Below, one piece after another: positions 8,004 through 17,223 of a stretch of DNA of 64,000 nucleotides. A program made the position numbers and the translations under genes. Numbering within the stretch: position 1 is the first letter of the stretch; every line of letters starts with the position of its first letter. The DNA lies in NCBI GenBank assembly GCA_021787535.1, contig JAJYLR010000001.1, forward strand, positions 383,687-447,686. The letters run 5' to 3'. Below the pieces are notes generated by a model, which was not told the origin of the DNA, did not search any database, and saw nothing but the letters and a program-made list of their open reading frames with translations. The stretch comes from a bacterium. Its GTDB lineage: Bacteria; Patescibacteriota; CPR2; UBA1875; JAJYID01.

Positions 8004-9125
8004 ATGGCCCTTTTTATATCAATCATAGGATTTCTCTTTGCCATCTTTTTAATTATCACTATTCACGAGTTTGGCCATTTTGTTTCAGCAAAAGCGAGCG
8101 GTGTCAGAGTAGATGAGTTTGCTTTTGGCTTTCCTCCCAATATTTGGAAAAAGAAAATCGGGGAAACTACTTATGCTATAAATATTGTTCTCCTTGGAGG
8201 ATTTGTCAAACTTTATGGTGAAGACGGCAAAGATGATAATGACCCGCGCAGTTTTGCCTCAAAACCGTTATATACCAAGCTTTTAATCTTTGCAGCCGGG
8301 GTATTCATGAACTTTGTGCTTGCCTACTTTATCATATTTGGAAGTTATTTGGTGGGCACCCAGCCGATTATTCCCGGAATGGCCGATCAAAAAGGTGTGA
8401 ATAATAACATGCGCGCCATAGTTACGACAGTTGAGAAAGGTACGCCGGCTGAAAAGCAAGGCCTGCAAAAGGGCGACATTATAGAGGAAGTTGACGGCAT
8501 TAAAGTCAATGACAGTACAACCATTGTTCAGTATCTCGAGGAAAAGGCGGCGAAAAATAAGAATGTAACTGTCAATGCGGAGGTAAGTAGAAACGGTAAA
8601 ATTTTTAATAAAACTTTCTCAACTTATCTTTTTAAGGAAAATGTGGGCGGAAAAACCCAGGAAGTGCCGAGAATTGGGGTAGTTTTAGAGACAAACGGGA
8701 AAGTTTCAGCGCCGTTTTTTACAGCTATGAAAGCATCTTTTTTAGAAGTTGGAACATTTATCTATGAATATACAACGATGTTTTTCCAAGTCATCGGTAG
8801 CGCATTGATACATTTTAAAGCGCCTGAAGGTATTGCTGGTCCCATTGGCGTATATATTCTTACGAGTAATGCTGCACAATCCGGTTTCTCTATTTTTATT
8901 CAGTGGGTTGCCATACTCTCGATAGCCGTTGGTATTATAAATATCTTGCCGGTTCCCGGTTTGGATGGCGGCCAGATTCTCGTTGCTCTGATAGAATCCT
9001 CAGTTCGAAGAAAATTCACAGCTAAAGTTAAAGGCATCATCCAGTTTGCCGGGCTCGGTTTTGTGATTGTTTTGTATATTGCTCTAACCTTTAAAGATTT
9101 CTTTACTTTTGGTATTATCAAGTAG
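8004..9125 (+). CDS. rseP: RIP zinc metalloprotease (site-2 protease, RseP family)
   Basis: HEFGHF zinc motif, a PDZ-like middle region, and a C-terminal LDGG motif. Confidence 0.85.
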   Translation: MALFISIIGFLFAIFLIITIHEFGHFVSAKASGVRVDEFAFGFPPNIWKKKIGETTYAINIVLLGGFVKLYGEDGKDDNDPRSFASKPLYTKLLIFAAGVFMNFVLAYFIIFGSYLVGTQPIIPGMADQKGVNNNMRAIVTTVEKGTPAEKQGLQKGDIIEEVDGIKVNDSTTIVQYLEEKAAKNKNVTVNAEVSRNGKIFNKTFSTYLFKENVGGKTQEVPRIGVVLETNGKVSAPFFTAMKASFLEVGTFIYEYTTMFFQVIGSALIHFKAPEGIAGPIGVYILTSNAAQSGFSIFIQWVAILSIAVGIINILPVPGLDGGQILVALIESSVRRKFTAKVKGIIQFAGLGFVIVLYIALTFKDFFTFGIIK

Positions 9126-9144
9126 CCCTAAATAAGAATTTAAA

Positions 9145-10389
9145 ATGAAACTAAGTAAACTTTTTTCCAAGACAACGAAAAACATTTCAAAGAAAGCTGA
9201 AAGCAAAAATCATGAGCTTTTAGTTCGGGCCGGATATGTGGATCAGCTAATGGCCGGTGTCTATACATATTTGCCGCTAGGGAAAAAGGTACTCGAAAAA
9301 ATTGAGGATATTATTCGCGAAGAAATGATTGAGATCGGCGGCCAGGAGATTTTAATGCCAGCGCTCACGCCTTATGAAAACTGGCAGAAAACAGGCAGAT
9401 GGGATACTATGGACGATCTTTACCGTTTTACAAGCTATTATTCTAAAAATAAAGTGGCACTCGGCGGTACTCATGAGGAAGTGGTAACACCTCTGGCTAA
9501 AAAATATATCCTATCTTACAAAGATTTGCCAAAGTATGTTTTTCAAATTCAAACAAAATTTAGAGATGAGAAAAGGCCAAAGTCAGGAATATTGCGAGGC
9601 AGAGAATTTAGAATGAAAGATTTGTATTCATTTCATACTGATGAGCAAGATTTGAATAAATATTATGACAAGGTTATTAAAGCTTATGAAAAAATTTTCA
9701 AAAGGTTTGGTTTGGGCGATAAAACATATCTTACATTTGCGTCTGGCGGAACATTTTCCAAATTCTCGCATGAATTTCAAACAGAGTCTCCAGTGGGCGA
9801 AGATACGATCTTTGTTTGCAGAAGATGTAAAATGGGTATAAATAAAGAAATCATCCTAACCCAGAAGGAGTGCCCGAAATGCGGTAAAACTGATCTTGAG
9901 GAAACTCGGGCAATAGAGGTTGCTAATATTTTCAAACTTAAAGATAAATTCACTAAACCTTTTAAGGCGATATATCTAGATAAAAAAGGCAAAGAAAATA
10001 CTGTGCTTATGGGATGTTATGGGATTGGGCCGTCAAGGATTATGGGAACTATAGTTGAAGTGCTGTCTGATGAAAAAGGTATTGTGTGGCCAAAAGAAGT
10101 TGCCCCATATCAGATTCATCTTATCAATCTCAAGGAAAGCGAGGAGGCAGAAAGGATCTATAATAAACTGCAGGCAGCCGGCTTCGATATTTTGTGGGAT
10201 GATAGAGATGAGTCGGCTGGTATTAAATTTCAAGACGCTGATTTACTCGGAATACCATTAAGGGTAGTGATTACTGAAAAATCTTTGAAATCCGGCGGTT
10301 ATGAGCTAAAAGTAAGAAACAGAACAAAGATTGAAATCTTAAATGAAAAAAATTTAATTAAAAAAGTAAAAGATTATTATGCTAAATAG
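9145..10389 (+). CDS. proS: Prolyl-tRNA synthetase: short form without the editing (INS) domain, with a CxxC…CxxC insertion
   Basis: N-terminus 'LVRAGYVDQLMAGVYTYLPLG' and class II motifs. Only 414 aa. Carries 'CRRCKMG…CPKCGK'. Confidence 0.8.
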   Translation: MKLSKLFSKTTKNISKKAESKNHELLVRAGYVDQLMAGVYTYLPLGKKVLEKIEDIIREEMIEIGGQEILMPALTPYENWQKTGRWDTMDDLYRFTSYYSKNKVALGGTHEEVVTPLAKKYILSYKDLPKYVFQIQTKFRDEKRPKSGILRGREFRMKDLYSFHTDEQDLNKYYDKVIKAYEKIFKRFGLGDKTYLTFASGGTFSKFSHEFQTESPVGEDTIFVCRRCKMGINKEIILTQKECPKCGKTDLEETRAIEVANIFKLKDKFTKPFKAIYLDKKGKENTVLMGCYGIGPSRIMGTIVEVLSDEKGIVWPKEVAPYQIHLINLKESEEAERIYNKLQAAGFDILWDDRDESAGIKFQDADLLGIPLRVVITEKSLKSGGYELKVRNRTKIEILNEKNLIKKVKDYYAK

Positions 10390-11434
10390 GATATTCGGAC
10401 ATTTTTCACATGACGTAGGAATAGACCTGGGGACGGCTAATACACTAGTCTATGTTAGAGGTAAAGGAATAGTAATTAATGAGCCCTCTGTTGTAGCGCT
10501 CAACAAGAAAACCAAGCAGATTCTGGCTATTGGCGATGAAGCAAAAAAAATGGTCGGGAGAACTCCCGCCAATATTGTGGCGACTCGTCCTTTGGTTGAC
10601 GGAGTAGTCAGCGACTTTGAGATTACCGAGCAAATGCTTAAATACTTCATTGATAAGGTGCATAAAGAGAGTTTTTCGCTTTTCCCGAGGCCGAGAGTGG
10701 TAGTTGGTATTCCTTCAGGGGTTACCGAAGTAGAAAAAAGGGCGGTAGAAGATGCATCTATCAATGCGGGAGCTAGGCAGTCATTTCTGATCGAGGAACC
10801 AATGGCGGCGGCGATTGGCGCCCGGCTTCCTGTGCAAGAGCCGGCAGGTTCCATGATTGTTGATATCGGCGGCGGAACAACCGAGGTAGCAGTGATTTCT
10901 CTTGGCGGAATCGTAGCTTCCAGGTCGCTTCGAATTGCCGGTGACGAGTTAAACGAAGATATTATCCAGTTTGCCCGCGACGAATATAATCTCCTATTAG
11001 GTGAAAGGACAGCCGAAGAGATTAAAATTGCGATTGGCAGCGCCTATCCGAGCGATCAGAAACTAGAGGCGACTATGAGAGGACGTGATTTAGTAACGGG
11101 ACTCCCAAAGTCGATTACCATTACTAGCGACCAAGTAAGAAAAGCTATTCAGAAATCCATCGGCCAGATAGTTGATGCGGTTAAAATGACAGTCGAAGAA
11201 ACTCCTCCTGAACTTGTGGCTGATATTATGGATCGGGGCATCATTTTGGCCGGTGGCGGCGGACTGCTTCGTGGTCTCGATAAGCTTTTGACATTAAATA
11301 CAAAGATCCCGGTGCACATCGCAGATGATCCGCTCACAAGTGTGGTGAGAGGTACAGGTTTAGTGCTTGAAGATATTGAATCTTTGAAGGATGTTCTGGT
11401 TACAACACAGTATGAAAAATCACCCAAAGTCTAA
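10379..11434 (+). CDS. mreB: Rod shape-determining protein MreB
   Basis: Actin-like ATPase motifs GIDLGTANTLVYV and DIGGGTTEVAV. Confidence 0.95.
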   Translation: MLNRIFGHFSHDVGIDLGTANTLVYVRGKGIVINEPSVVALNKKTKQILAIGDEAKKMVGRTPANIVATRPLVDGVVSDFEITEQMLKYFIDKVHKESFSLFPRPRVVVGIPSGVTEVEKRAVEDASINAGARQSFLIEEPMAAAIGARLPVQEPAGSMIVDIGGGTTEVAVISLGGIVASRSLRIAGDELNEDIIQFARDEYNLLLGERTAEEIKIAIGSAYPSDQKLEATMRGRDLVTGLPKSITITSDQVRKAIQKSIGQIVDAVKMTVEETPPELVADIMDRGIILAGGGGLLRGLDKLLTLNTKIPVHIADDPLTSVVRGTGLVLEDIESLKDVLVTTQYEKSPKV

Positions 11435-11500
11435 TAGGTGCTTAGAGATTAGGTAACTAGGAAAACCTAATTAACTAATTAACTAAGTTCCTAACCTATG
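11433..11500. repeat. TTAGGTAA / tandem TTAACTAA motif array upstream of mreC
   Basis: 'taggtgcttagagattaggtaactagg…cctaattaactaattaactaagttcctaacc'. Confidence 0.35.
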
Positions 11501-12289
11501 AAGAAGATTTCTTTCTTAATATTTTTTAGCATCCTGATCATTATTTTTGCCTTGCTCTTTTTTAGATCCAAGGGGTCTTTTTCAAGTGTGGATTCAGGTA
11601 TCACGGAAATTTTTCAGCCCGTGGGAGTAGTTTTTACAAACGCTTCGGGCGGAATTAAAGACTTCTTTACTAACCTTGCTAATATTGGCAACCTAGAGAA
11701 AGAAAACAAACAGCTGCGTCTCAAGGTTAATGATTTGGAGTCTAAGAATGCAAGAATGGCTGCGGATATCGGAGAGAACGAGTCTCTCAAAAGAGCATTG
11801 GGTTTTAAAGAAAACAGCGGATTTCAAACTATTGCAGCTAGTATTACTTTCTTTGATCCTACAAATGCCAGGGAAAGCATTATGATTGATAAAGGAACAA
11901 AAGATGGCATAAAGCCAGGTATGGCTGCTACAAGCGAAGGTTTTTTAATAGGCAGAGTTACGCAAGTTTATGGCGACTCTTCCCAGATTTTGCTTATCAG
12001 CGATCCGCTATCTGATGTTCCCGCACTCATCCCGGATATCAGCGCCGATGGTTTGGTTCAGGGGCAGATTGGCATGGGTATTACTATGAACCAAATTCAG
12101 CAAGATGCTAATCTCCAGGCGGGCCAAAATGTAGTAACATCAGGTCTCGGAGGTAGCTATCCTAAAGGGATTTTGATAGGGAAAATAGAGAATATTACGA
12201 AAAAAAATAATTCTATTTTCCAGTCAGCTTCCGTAAGAACACAAATAGATTTCAATGCTCTTGAACGAGTTCAAGTTATAATAAACTGA
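11498..12289 (+). CDS. mreC: Rod shape-determining protein MreC
   Basis: N-terminal TM segment, then a coiled coil and the MreC beta-domain. Sits between mreB and mreD. Confidence 0.8.
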   Translation: MKKISFLIFFSILIIIFALLFFRSKGSFSSVDSGITEIFQPVGVVFTNASGGIKDFFTNLANIGNLEKENKQLRLKVNDLESKNARMAADIGENESLKRALGFKENSGFQTIAASITFFDPTNARESIMIDKGTKDGIKPGMAATSEGFLIGRVTQVYGDSSQILLISDPLSDVPALIPDISADGLVQGQIGMGITMNQIQQDANLQAGQNVVTSGLGGSYPKGILIGKIENITKKNNSIFQSASVRTQIDFNALERVQVIIN

Positions 12290-12358
12290 AAAAATTATAA
12301 ACCGAACGCTGAAAAAACAATGAATTGAATTTTTAAAAATGAAACTTAGGAATTAGCT

Positions 12359-12853
12359 GTGGCCATACTTTTAGACATTTTAATTTTTATTGCAACTTTG
12401 CTTCTTCAAACATCTCTCCTTGCTCGTTTCCATATTTTGGGTTTCACGCCCAATCTCATGTTAATTTTAGTTATTACTTTTGTTTTTTATAAAAAAGCGT
12501 ACGAAGCGTATATTTTTGCTTTTTTGGCAGGCCTGGTCTTAGATACCTTATCGGCTGGCCCCTTTGGTTTGCATGTAATAATTTATCTGCTTATTGTTTT
12601 TGCCGGTACAGTGATTTTAAATGAAGATCAAACCAAGCTCTCAAAGCTTTTTTCTATGGTATTTGCAACAGCCGCGGCCTCAGTATTTTATATGGCGCTT
12701 TGGTTTTATTTATCATATTCGAGCGGCAGTTTTACTGCGTCCGGTTTTTTGTTTGCTATCGGACAAATAACCGCCACCATCATCTTTTTTGCGATATTTA
12801 TGCCATTTCTTAAACGATTTTTCCTATGGCAAAAGAGGATAGAAAGGGCTTGA
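12359..12853 (+). CDS. mreD: Rod shape-determining protein MreD (polytopic membrane protein)
   Basis: GTG start. Hydrophobic 164-aa protein between mreC and the PBP2 gene. Confidence 0.6.
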   Translation: MAILLDILIFIATLLLQTSLLARFHILGFTPNLMLILVITFVFYKKAYEAYIFAFLAGLVLDTLSAGPFGLHVIIYLLIVFAGTVILNEDQTKLSKLFSMVFATAAASVFYMALWFYLSYSSGSFTASGFLFAIGQITATIIFFAIFMPFLKRFFLWQKRIERA

Positions 12854-12854
12854 T

Positions 12855-14798
12855 ATGGCTAAACAAAGAAAAGATATATTTAAAAAGCTGGTAGGTCTGG
12901 AAGGCGGCCACAAAAAATGGCGCTTAGGCGAATCTAAAACTAAAGAAAGTGAGAAGTGGATTTTTCACATACTTTCAGCCGACAGAGAAGCTCCTAAGAT
13001 TGAGAGTGAGAGACGGTTTAAACCATTTATTGCCATAGGCATAATTTGTTTCTTGCTTTTTGGCATCATGCTTATACGCGCCGCATCTCTACAGATCATT
13101 CAAGGCAACAAACAGAGAGTTTTGGCTGAAGAAAACAGAAATCGCGGCAGTGTAATTCGAGCTCCCAGAGGAGTAGTTTATGATAGAAATCATGCGGAAC
13201 TGGTCAAAAATACCCCCAACTACGATGCCACTATTTTGCCCAGCGAGCTGCCCAAGAATAAGAATGCCAGAGAAAGTGTTATTAAAAACGCGGCAAATGC
13301 CCTCGGTATTCCAGCCCAGGACATCGAAGCAAAAGTTGAGGCAAAGGGTTTAAGCTATACCGAACCGATACTCTTAAAAGAAAATGTCTCGAGAAATGAT
13401 GCATTTATTATTATGTCAAAGGGTTTAAAAGGCATTGATGTGCCTATTAATCCGATCAGAGACTATCTTGACGGCGGTTTGCTTGCTCATGTGCTTGGTT
13501 ATGTCGGCAGGATTAGCGAAGACGAACTGAAAGATAATGGAGGTGAGGGTTATCGGCTTACGGATTATATAGGCAAAACCGGTTTGGAAAAATCTTATGA
13601 GAATGTCTTGAGAGGCAAAGATGGAAGCCAGAGATATGAAGTTGATTCCAAAGGAAATGTTGTGAAATATCTAGGCGAACAAGAACCTCAACTTGGCAAT
13701 AGTTTGGTTTTGTCGATTGATTTTGGGCTTGAACAGAAACTTGCAGATTCCATGAAAAATGAAATGTCTAAAGTACATGCTACAAAAGCTACGGCTATCG
13801 CGATGAATCCTCAAAATGGTGAAATTCTGGCTTACGTGGATATCCCAACCTATGATAATAATCTCTTTTCAAAAGGAATTTCTGCTGCAGACTATTCCAA
13901 ACTTTTGAATAATCCTGATCATCCGTTGCTCGCGAGAGGTATCTCTGGCGAATATCCTTCCGGTTCAGTAATCAAACCATTTATGGCAGCAGGGGCGCTT
14001 CAGCAAGGCACCATTACAGAAAATACGACCGTCAACTCAACCGGCGGCATCAAAGTCGGCGACTGGTTTTTTCCTGACTGGAAAGCGGGCGGGCATGGCA
14101 TTACGAATGTTACAAAAGCTATTGCGGAATCTGTAAATACTTTCTTTTATGCTATTGCCGGCGGATATGGCAATATTCAAGGTTTAGGTCCAGAACTAAT
14201 CAAACATTACCTTGACCTTTTTGGTTTTGATAAACCTACAGGCGTCGATATCGGCGGGGAAAGCAGAGGCAATATTCCTACACCTGAATGGAAGGAAAAA
14301 GTGGAAAATGAATCCTGGTATCTCGGAGACACTTACCATATGGGAATAGGCCAAGGGGATTTGCTTGTGACACCGCTTCAGATATCAAATGCGACATGCG
14401 CTATTGCAAACGGCGGGACGCTTTATGAACCTCACTTTGTAGATCAGGTTATAAATGAGAATAATCAGGTGATTGATACTAAAAAACCAAAGGTTTTAAA
14501 TCAGAATTTTATTGATCCAAAAAATATTGATATTGTTAGACGCGGAATGAGGCAAACCGTTACAAGCGGAAGCGGAAAACAGCTGCAGAATGAACCGGTA
14601 GCCGTTGCGGGCAAAACCGGTACTGCACAGTTCGGCCCGAATAACTCAAAAGAGCATGGCTGGTTTACATCATTTGCGCCATTTGATAATCCGACCTTTG
14701 AACTGACTATTCTAGTTGAAGGATCTGGGGGCGGGGACGTTACCGCCGAACCGATAGCAAAAGAAGTCTATCAGTGGTATTTCGGAGGACGCAAGTAA
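12855..14798 (+). CDS. mrdA: Penicillin-binding protein 2 (elongasome transpeptidase)
   Basis: N-terminal TM segment. Motifs SGSVIKP (SxxK), SxN and KTGT. Lies in the mre operon. Confidence 0.9.
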   Translation: MAKQRKDIFKKLVGLEGGHKKWRLGESKTKESEKWIFHILSADREAPKIESERRFKPFIAIGIICFLLFGIMLIRAASLQIIQGNKQRVLAEENRNRGSVIRAPRGVVYDRNHAELVKNTPNYDATILPSELPKNKNARESVIKNAANALGIPAQDIEAKVEAKGLSYTEPILLKENVSRNDAFIIMSKGLKGIDVPINPIRDYLDGGLLAHVLGYVGRISEDELKDNGGEGYRLTDYIGKTGLEKSYENVLRGKDGSQRYEVDSKGNVVKYLGEQEPQLGNSLVLSIDFGLEQKLADSMKNEMSKVHATKATAIAMNPQNGEILAYVDIPTYDNNLFSKGISAADYSKLLNNPDHPLLARGISGEYPSGSVIKPFMAAGALQQGTITENTTVNSTGGIKVGDWFFPDWKAGGHGITNVTKAIAESVNTFFYAIAGGYGNIQGLGPELIKHYLDLFGFDKPTGVDIGGESRGNIPTPEWKEKVENESWYLGDTYHMGIGQGDLLVTPLQISNATCAIANGGTLYEPHFVDQVINENNQVIDTKKPKVLNQNFIDPKNIDIVRRGMRQTVTSGSGKQLQNEPVAVAGKTGTAQFGPNNSKEHGWFTSFAPFDNPTFELTILVEGSGGGDVTAEPIAKEVYQWYFGGRK

Positions 14799-14938
14799 AA
14801 AACTTGTAATGTTTTAAATATTTAAATATAGTAGTCTTACGGATTTAAAAAGCAAGGAGGGTCGTTTTTCGAAGCGAGCTTTTTTTATCTGTAAAAACGT
14901 ACCTTGGCACTATTAAATATTTTACTCAAGGAGTTGAA

Positions 14939-15577
14939 ATGTCCGAAAAAGGAAGTTTCATTGTTCTTGAAGGAATTGACGGGTCGGGGAAATCTACCCA
15001 AATAGATTATCTTGTTCCGCGGCTTACGTTTTTGCGCAGAAGTGTTGTAAAAACAAGAGAGCCGTATGACGAACCGGAAAATGAAGTTGGATTTCGGATT
15101 CGGCAGATTTTACTTGGAGAAGAAGAAAATCCCGGTTATTCCGAACTGCAACAAATGTTTGTTGCCGCGCGCAAGTGGCATCTGGAAAATATAGTTATTC
15201 CGGCTGTTAACGGCGGAAAGCTGGTGCTCTGCGATAGATATACAGCAAGTACTTACGCTTATCACCGGTCAAAAGGCGGCCATTTCGATGATGTTTGGGC
15301 ATGGCATTGTGAGTGTAATTACCCGGCCGATGTTACTGTTTTGGTTCGGGTTTCTGCTGAAGAGGCCGCAAGAAGAATGGTTCTTGCAGAAAGAAAAGAA
15401 GAGCTCTTTGATAAGAAGGAGAGCTTAATAGCTATTCACGGCGCATATGAAGAGCTGCTTAAAACTGGTGATGAGTATGTTCCGGATTTCAGATTTGCAG
15501 ACGGAGAACAAAATCCGGAAAAAGTTAGCGAGGATATTATGAAGATCCTTCGTGAATACATTCCGGACCTATGGTAA
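14939..15577 (+). CDS. tmk: Thymidylate kinase
   Basis: P-loop FIVLEGIDGSGKSTQ and a DRY motif (CDRYTAS). Confidence 0.9.
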   Translation: MSEKGSFIVLEGIDGSGKSTQIDYLVPRLTFLRRSVVKTREPYDEPENEVGFRIRQILLGEEENPGYSELQQMFVAARKWHLENIVIPAVNGGKLVLCDRYTASTYAYHRSKGGHFDDVWAWHCECNYPADVTVLVRVSAEEAARRMVLAERKEELFDKKESLIAIHGAYEELLKTGDEYVPDFRFADGEQNPEKVSEDIMKILREYIPDLW

Positions 15578-15589
15578 AAGGAGAAGAGT

Positions 15590-16393
15590 ATGTATCTTGA
15601 TTCGCTTGAAAAAATGAATCCTGAGGAGCGGGAAAAGGTAATTCGAGAAAGAAACGAAATGCTGCCGATAACGATCAATGCAACCGATCTGGATGATGCT
15701 TGGTTCCAGGTTATAAACTGCATAATGCGGTATGGCCATTACTACGGTATTCAGCGCGGAAGCTATGAGGGTTCCGGAAGAATAGAACTGGATAGTAGTA
15801 CTATTAACATCATAGATCCCGGCTCGGGTCCTTTGGTTCCGCATATGCCCGATAGTCTTGGTATACCGGCGCCATGTGAGGAAGATTATGTCAGAGAGCA
15901 GTATTTCCCGCAGTATCTTTTCGGGAATATTAAGTCGGGCAACGAACAGTATACTTATGGCGAGAGGATTAACCAGCCGATTTCGGATGAACATCTCGGA
16001 GAAACCATGACTCAGTTGGAGTGGGCGATAAAAATGCTCAGAGATACTCCGCAAACTAACCAAGCAACGATCGAGATCGCTTGCCCGGAAGATATCACGG
16101 CGCGAGACCCTGAGAGCCATCACCCCGATCCGCCCTGCCTGCGGCTTCTTGACTTCAGGGTACGGTATGGAAAACTTCACGTTTTTCCCTACTTTCGTTC
16201 ATGGGATGCATGGAGCGGCTTCCCTGCTAATCTCGGAGGGATTGAACTTCTTAAACAGTATATGGCAGATGAGATTGGTATAGAGAATGGGTCAATCTTT
16301 GCGTTTAGCAAAGGTTTGCATATATACAACCATGTTGAAAAAGCTGTCCGCATCCGTTTACACATGGATGAAAGGGAAGAAGCTAATACATAG
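15590..16393 (+). CDS. Thymidylate synthase (ThyA) fold protein, divergent
   Basis: 'PPCLRLLDF' aligns with the ThyA 'PPCH.FFQF' (Cys nucleophile). 'YFRSWDAWSGFPANL' aligns with 'YQRS.DVFLGLPFNI'. Immediately downstream of tmk. Confidence 0.55.
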   Translation: MYLDSLEKMNPEEREKVIRERNEMLPITINATDLDDAWFQVINCIMRYGHYYGIQRGSYEGSGRIELDSSTINIIDPGSGPLVPHMPDSLGIPAPCEEDYVREQYFPQYLFGNIKSGNEQYTYGERINQPISDEHLGETMTQLEWAIKMLRDTPQTNQATIEIACPEDITARDPESHHPDPPCLRLLDFRVRYGKLHVFPYFRSWDAWSGFPANLGGIELLKQYMADEIGIENGSIFAFSKGLHIYNHVEKAVRIRLHMDEREEANT

Positions 16394-16463
16394 TGCCAAA
16401 GATGTTGGTGGGGGCTTGCCTAAATATTGGGCAGGTCCCCACTGGGACAATTTTATAAAAAGA

Positions 16464-16492
16464 TTGACCAATTTTTTAATATTTGTTAAAAT
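16464..16492 (+). promoter_or_regulatory. Sigma70-type promoter (TTGACC, 17 nt spacer, TAAAAT) with a hairpin leader upstream of rplJ
   Basis: Seen directly. Downstream is 'gtagcagcgaaagcttaatttgctac', a hairpin that may be the L10 leader. Confidence 0.55.
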
Positions 16493-16609
16493 GTTAATTA
16501 GCCAAAGACAGTAGCAGCGAAAGCTTAATTTGCTACCGAGGTAAAGATTTAGATAATTTTTATTCATCTTTGGTTTGTCCAAAGATTTTTAATTTATAGG
16601 AAATAAAGT

Positions 16610-17137
16610 ATGGCAATTACAAGAAAGAAAAAAGAAGATTTAGTCGAGGAGTTTGCCGAAAGATTGAGAGAGTCGAAGGCGGCGGTTTTTACCGACTACA
16701 AGGGCTTGACGGTTGAGGAAATCAACGAGGTCCGAAACTCGCTCAGAGAAAAGGGAATTGAGTTTAAGGTTATCAAAAACACTTTATTTGGGTTAGCCGT
16801 AAAGGAGGCGAAGCTCGATGTAAATCCCGACGATTTGGCGGGCCACCCGGTTGCGGTAGCTTTTGGTTACGAAGATGAAGTTGCACCTGCGAAAGTGGTT
16901 TTCAACTTTGCAAAAGATCATGAGTCCTTAGAAATAATTGGCGGTATTCTAGAGGGGAAAAATATTGATGCTGTGAGCGTGAAAAACTTAGCGCAAATGC
17001 CATCCAGAGAAGAGCTGCTCGCAAAAATGATCGGATCCATGAATGCGCCTATTTCAAACTTTGTAGGTGTTATGCACGCAAATTTTAGAAATGTAGTTTA
17101 TGTATTAAATGCGATTAAAGAGCAAAAGGAAACTTAG
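16610..17137 (+). CDS. rplJ: 50S ribosomal protein L10
   Basis: MAITRKKKEDLVEEF…; 175 aa; followed by rplL. Confidence 0.9.
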   Translation: MAITRKKKEDLVEEFAERLRESKAAVFTDYKGLTVEEINEVRNSLREKGIEFKVIKNTLFGLAVKEAKLDVNPDDLAGHPVAVAFGYEDEVAPAKVVFNFAKDHESLEIIGGILEGKNIDAVSVKNLAQMPSREELLAKMIGSMNAPISNFVGVMHANFRNVVYVLNAIKEQKET

Positions 17138-17142
17138 CCCCC

Positions 17143-17168
17143 TGTCATTCCCGCGCAGGCGGGAATCT
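17143..17168. repeat. Family-B palindromic element ('ctgtcattcccgcgcaggcgggaatc')
   Basis: 8-bp stem ATTCCCGC/GCGGGAAT with loop GCAG, 6 nt after the rplJ stop. Confidence 0.7.
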
Positions 17169-17223
17169 ATAAGATAAGTAATTATTATTAAAAATTTAAA
17201 GTAATTAAAAAAGGAGAATAAAA

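Noticed and set aside
15436-16180. Minus-strand ORFs overlapping tmk and the ThyA-like gene
   Set aside because: Shadow ORFs. The plus-strand frames carry the P-loop and ThyA motifs.
17137-17170. Calling the family A and B hairpins plain Rho-independent terminators
   Set aside because: None is followed by a U-run. Identical sequences recur at unrelated loci and one lies inside a CDS. They are treated as dispersed repeats instead.
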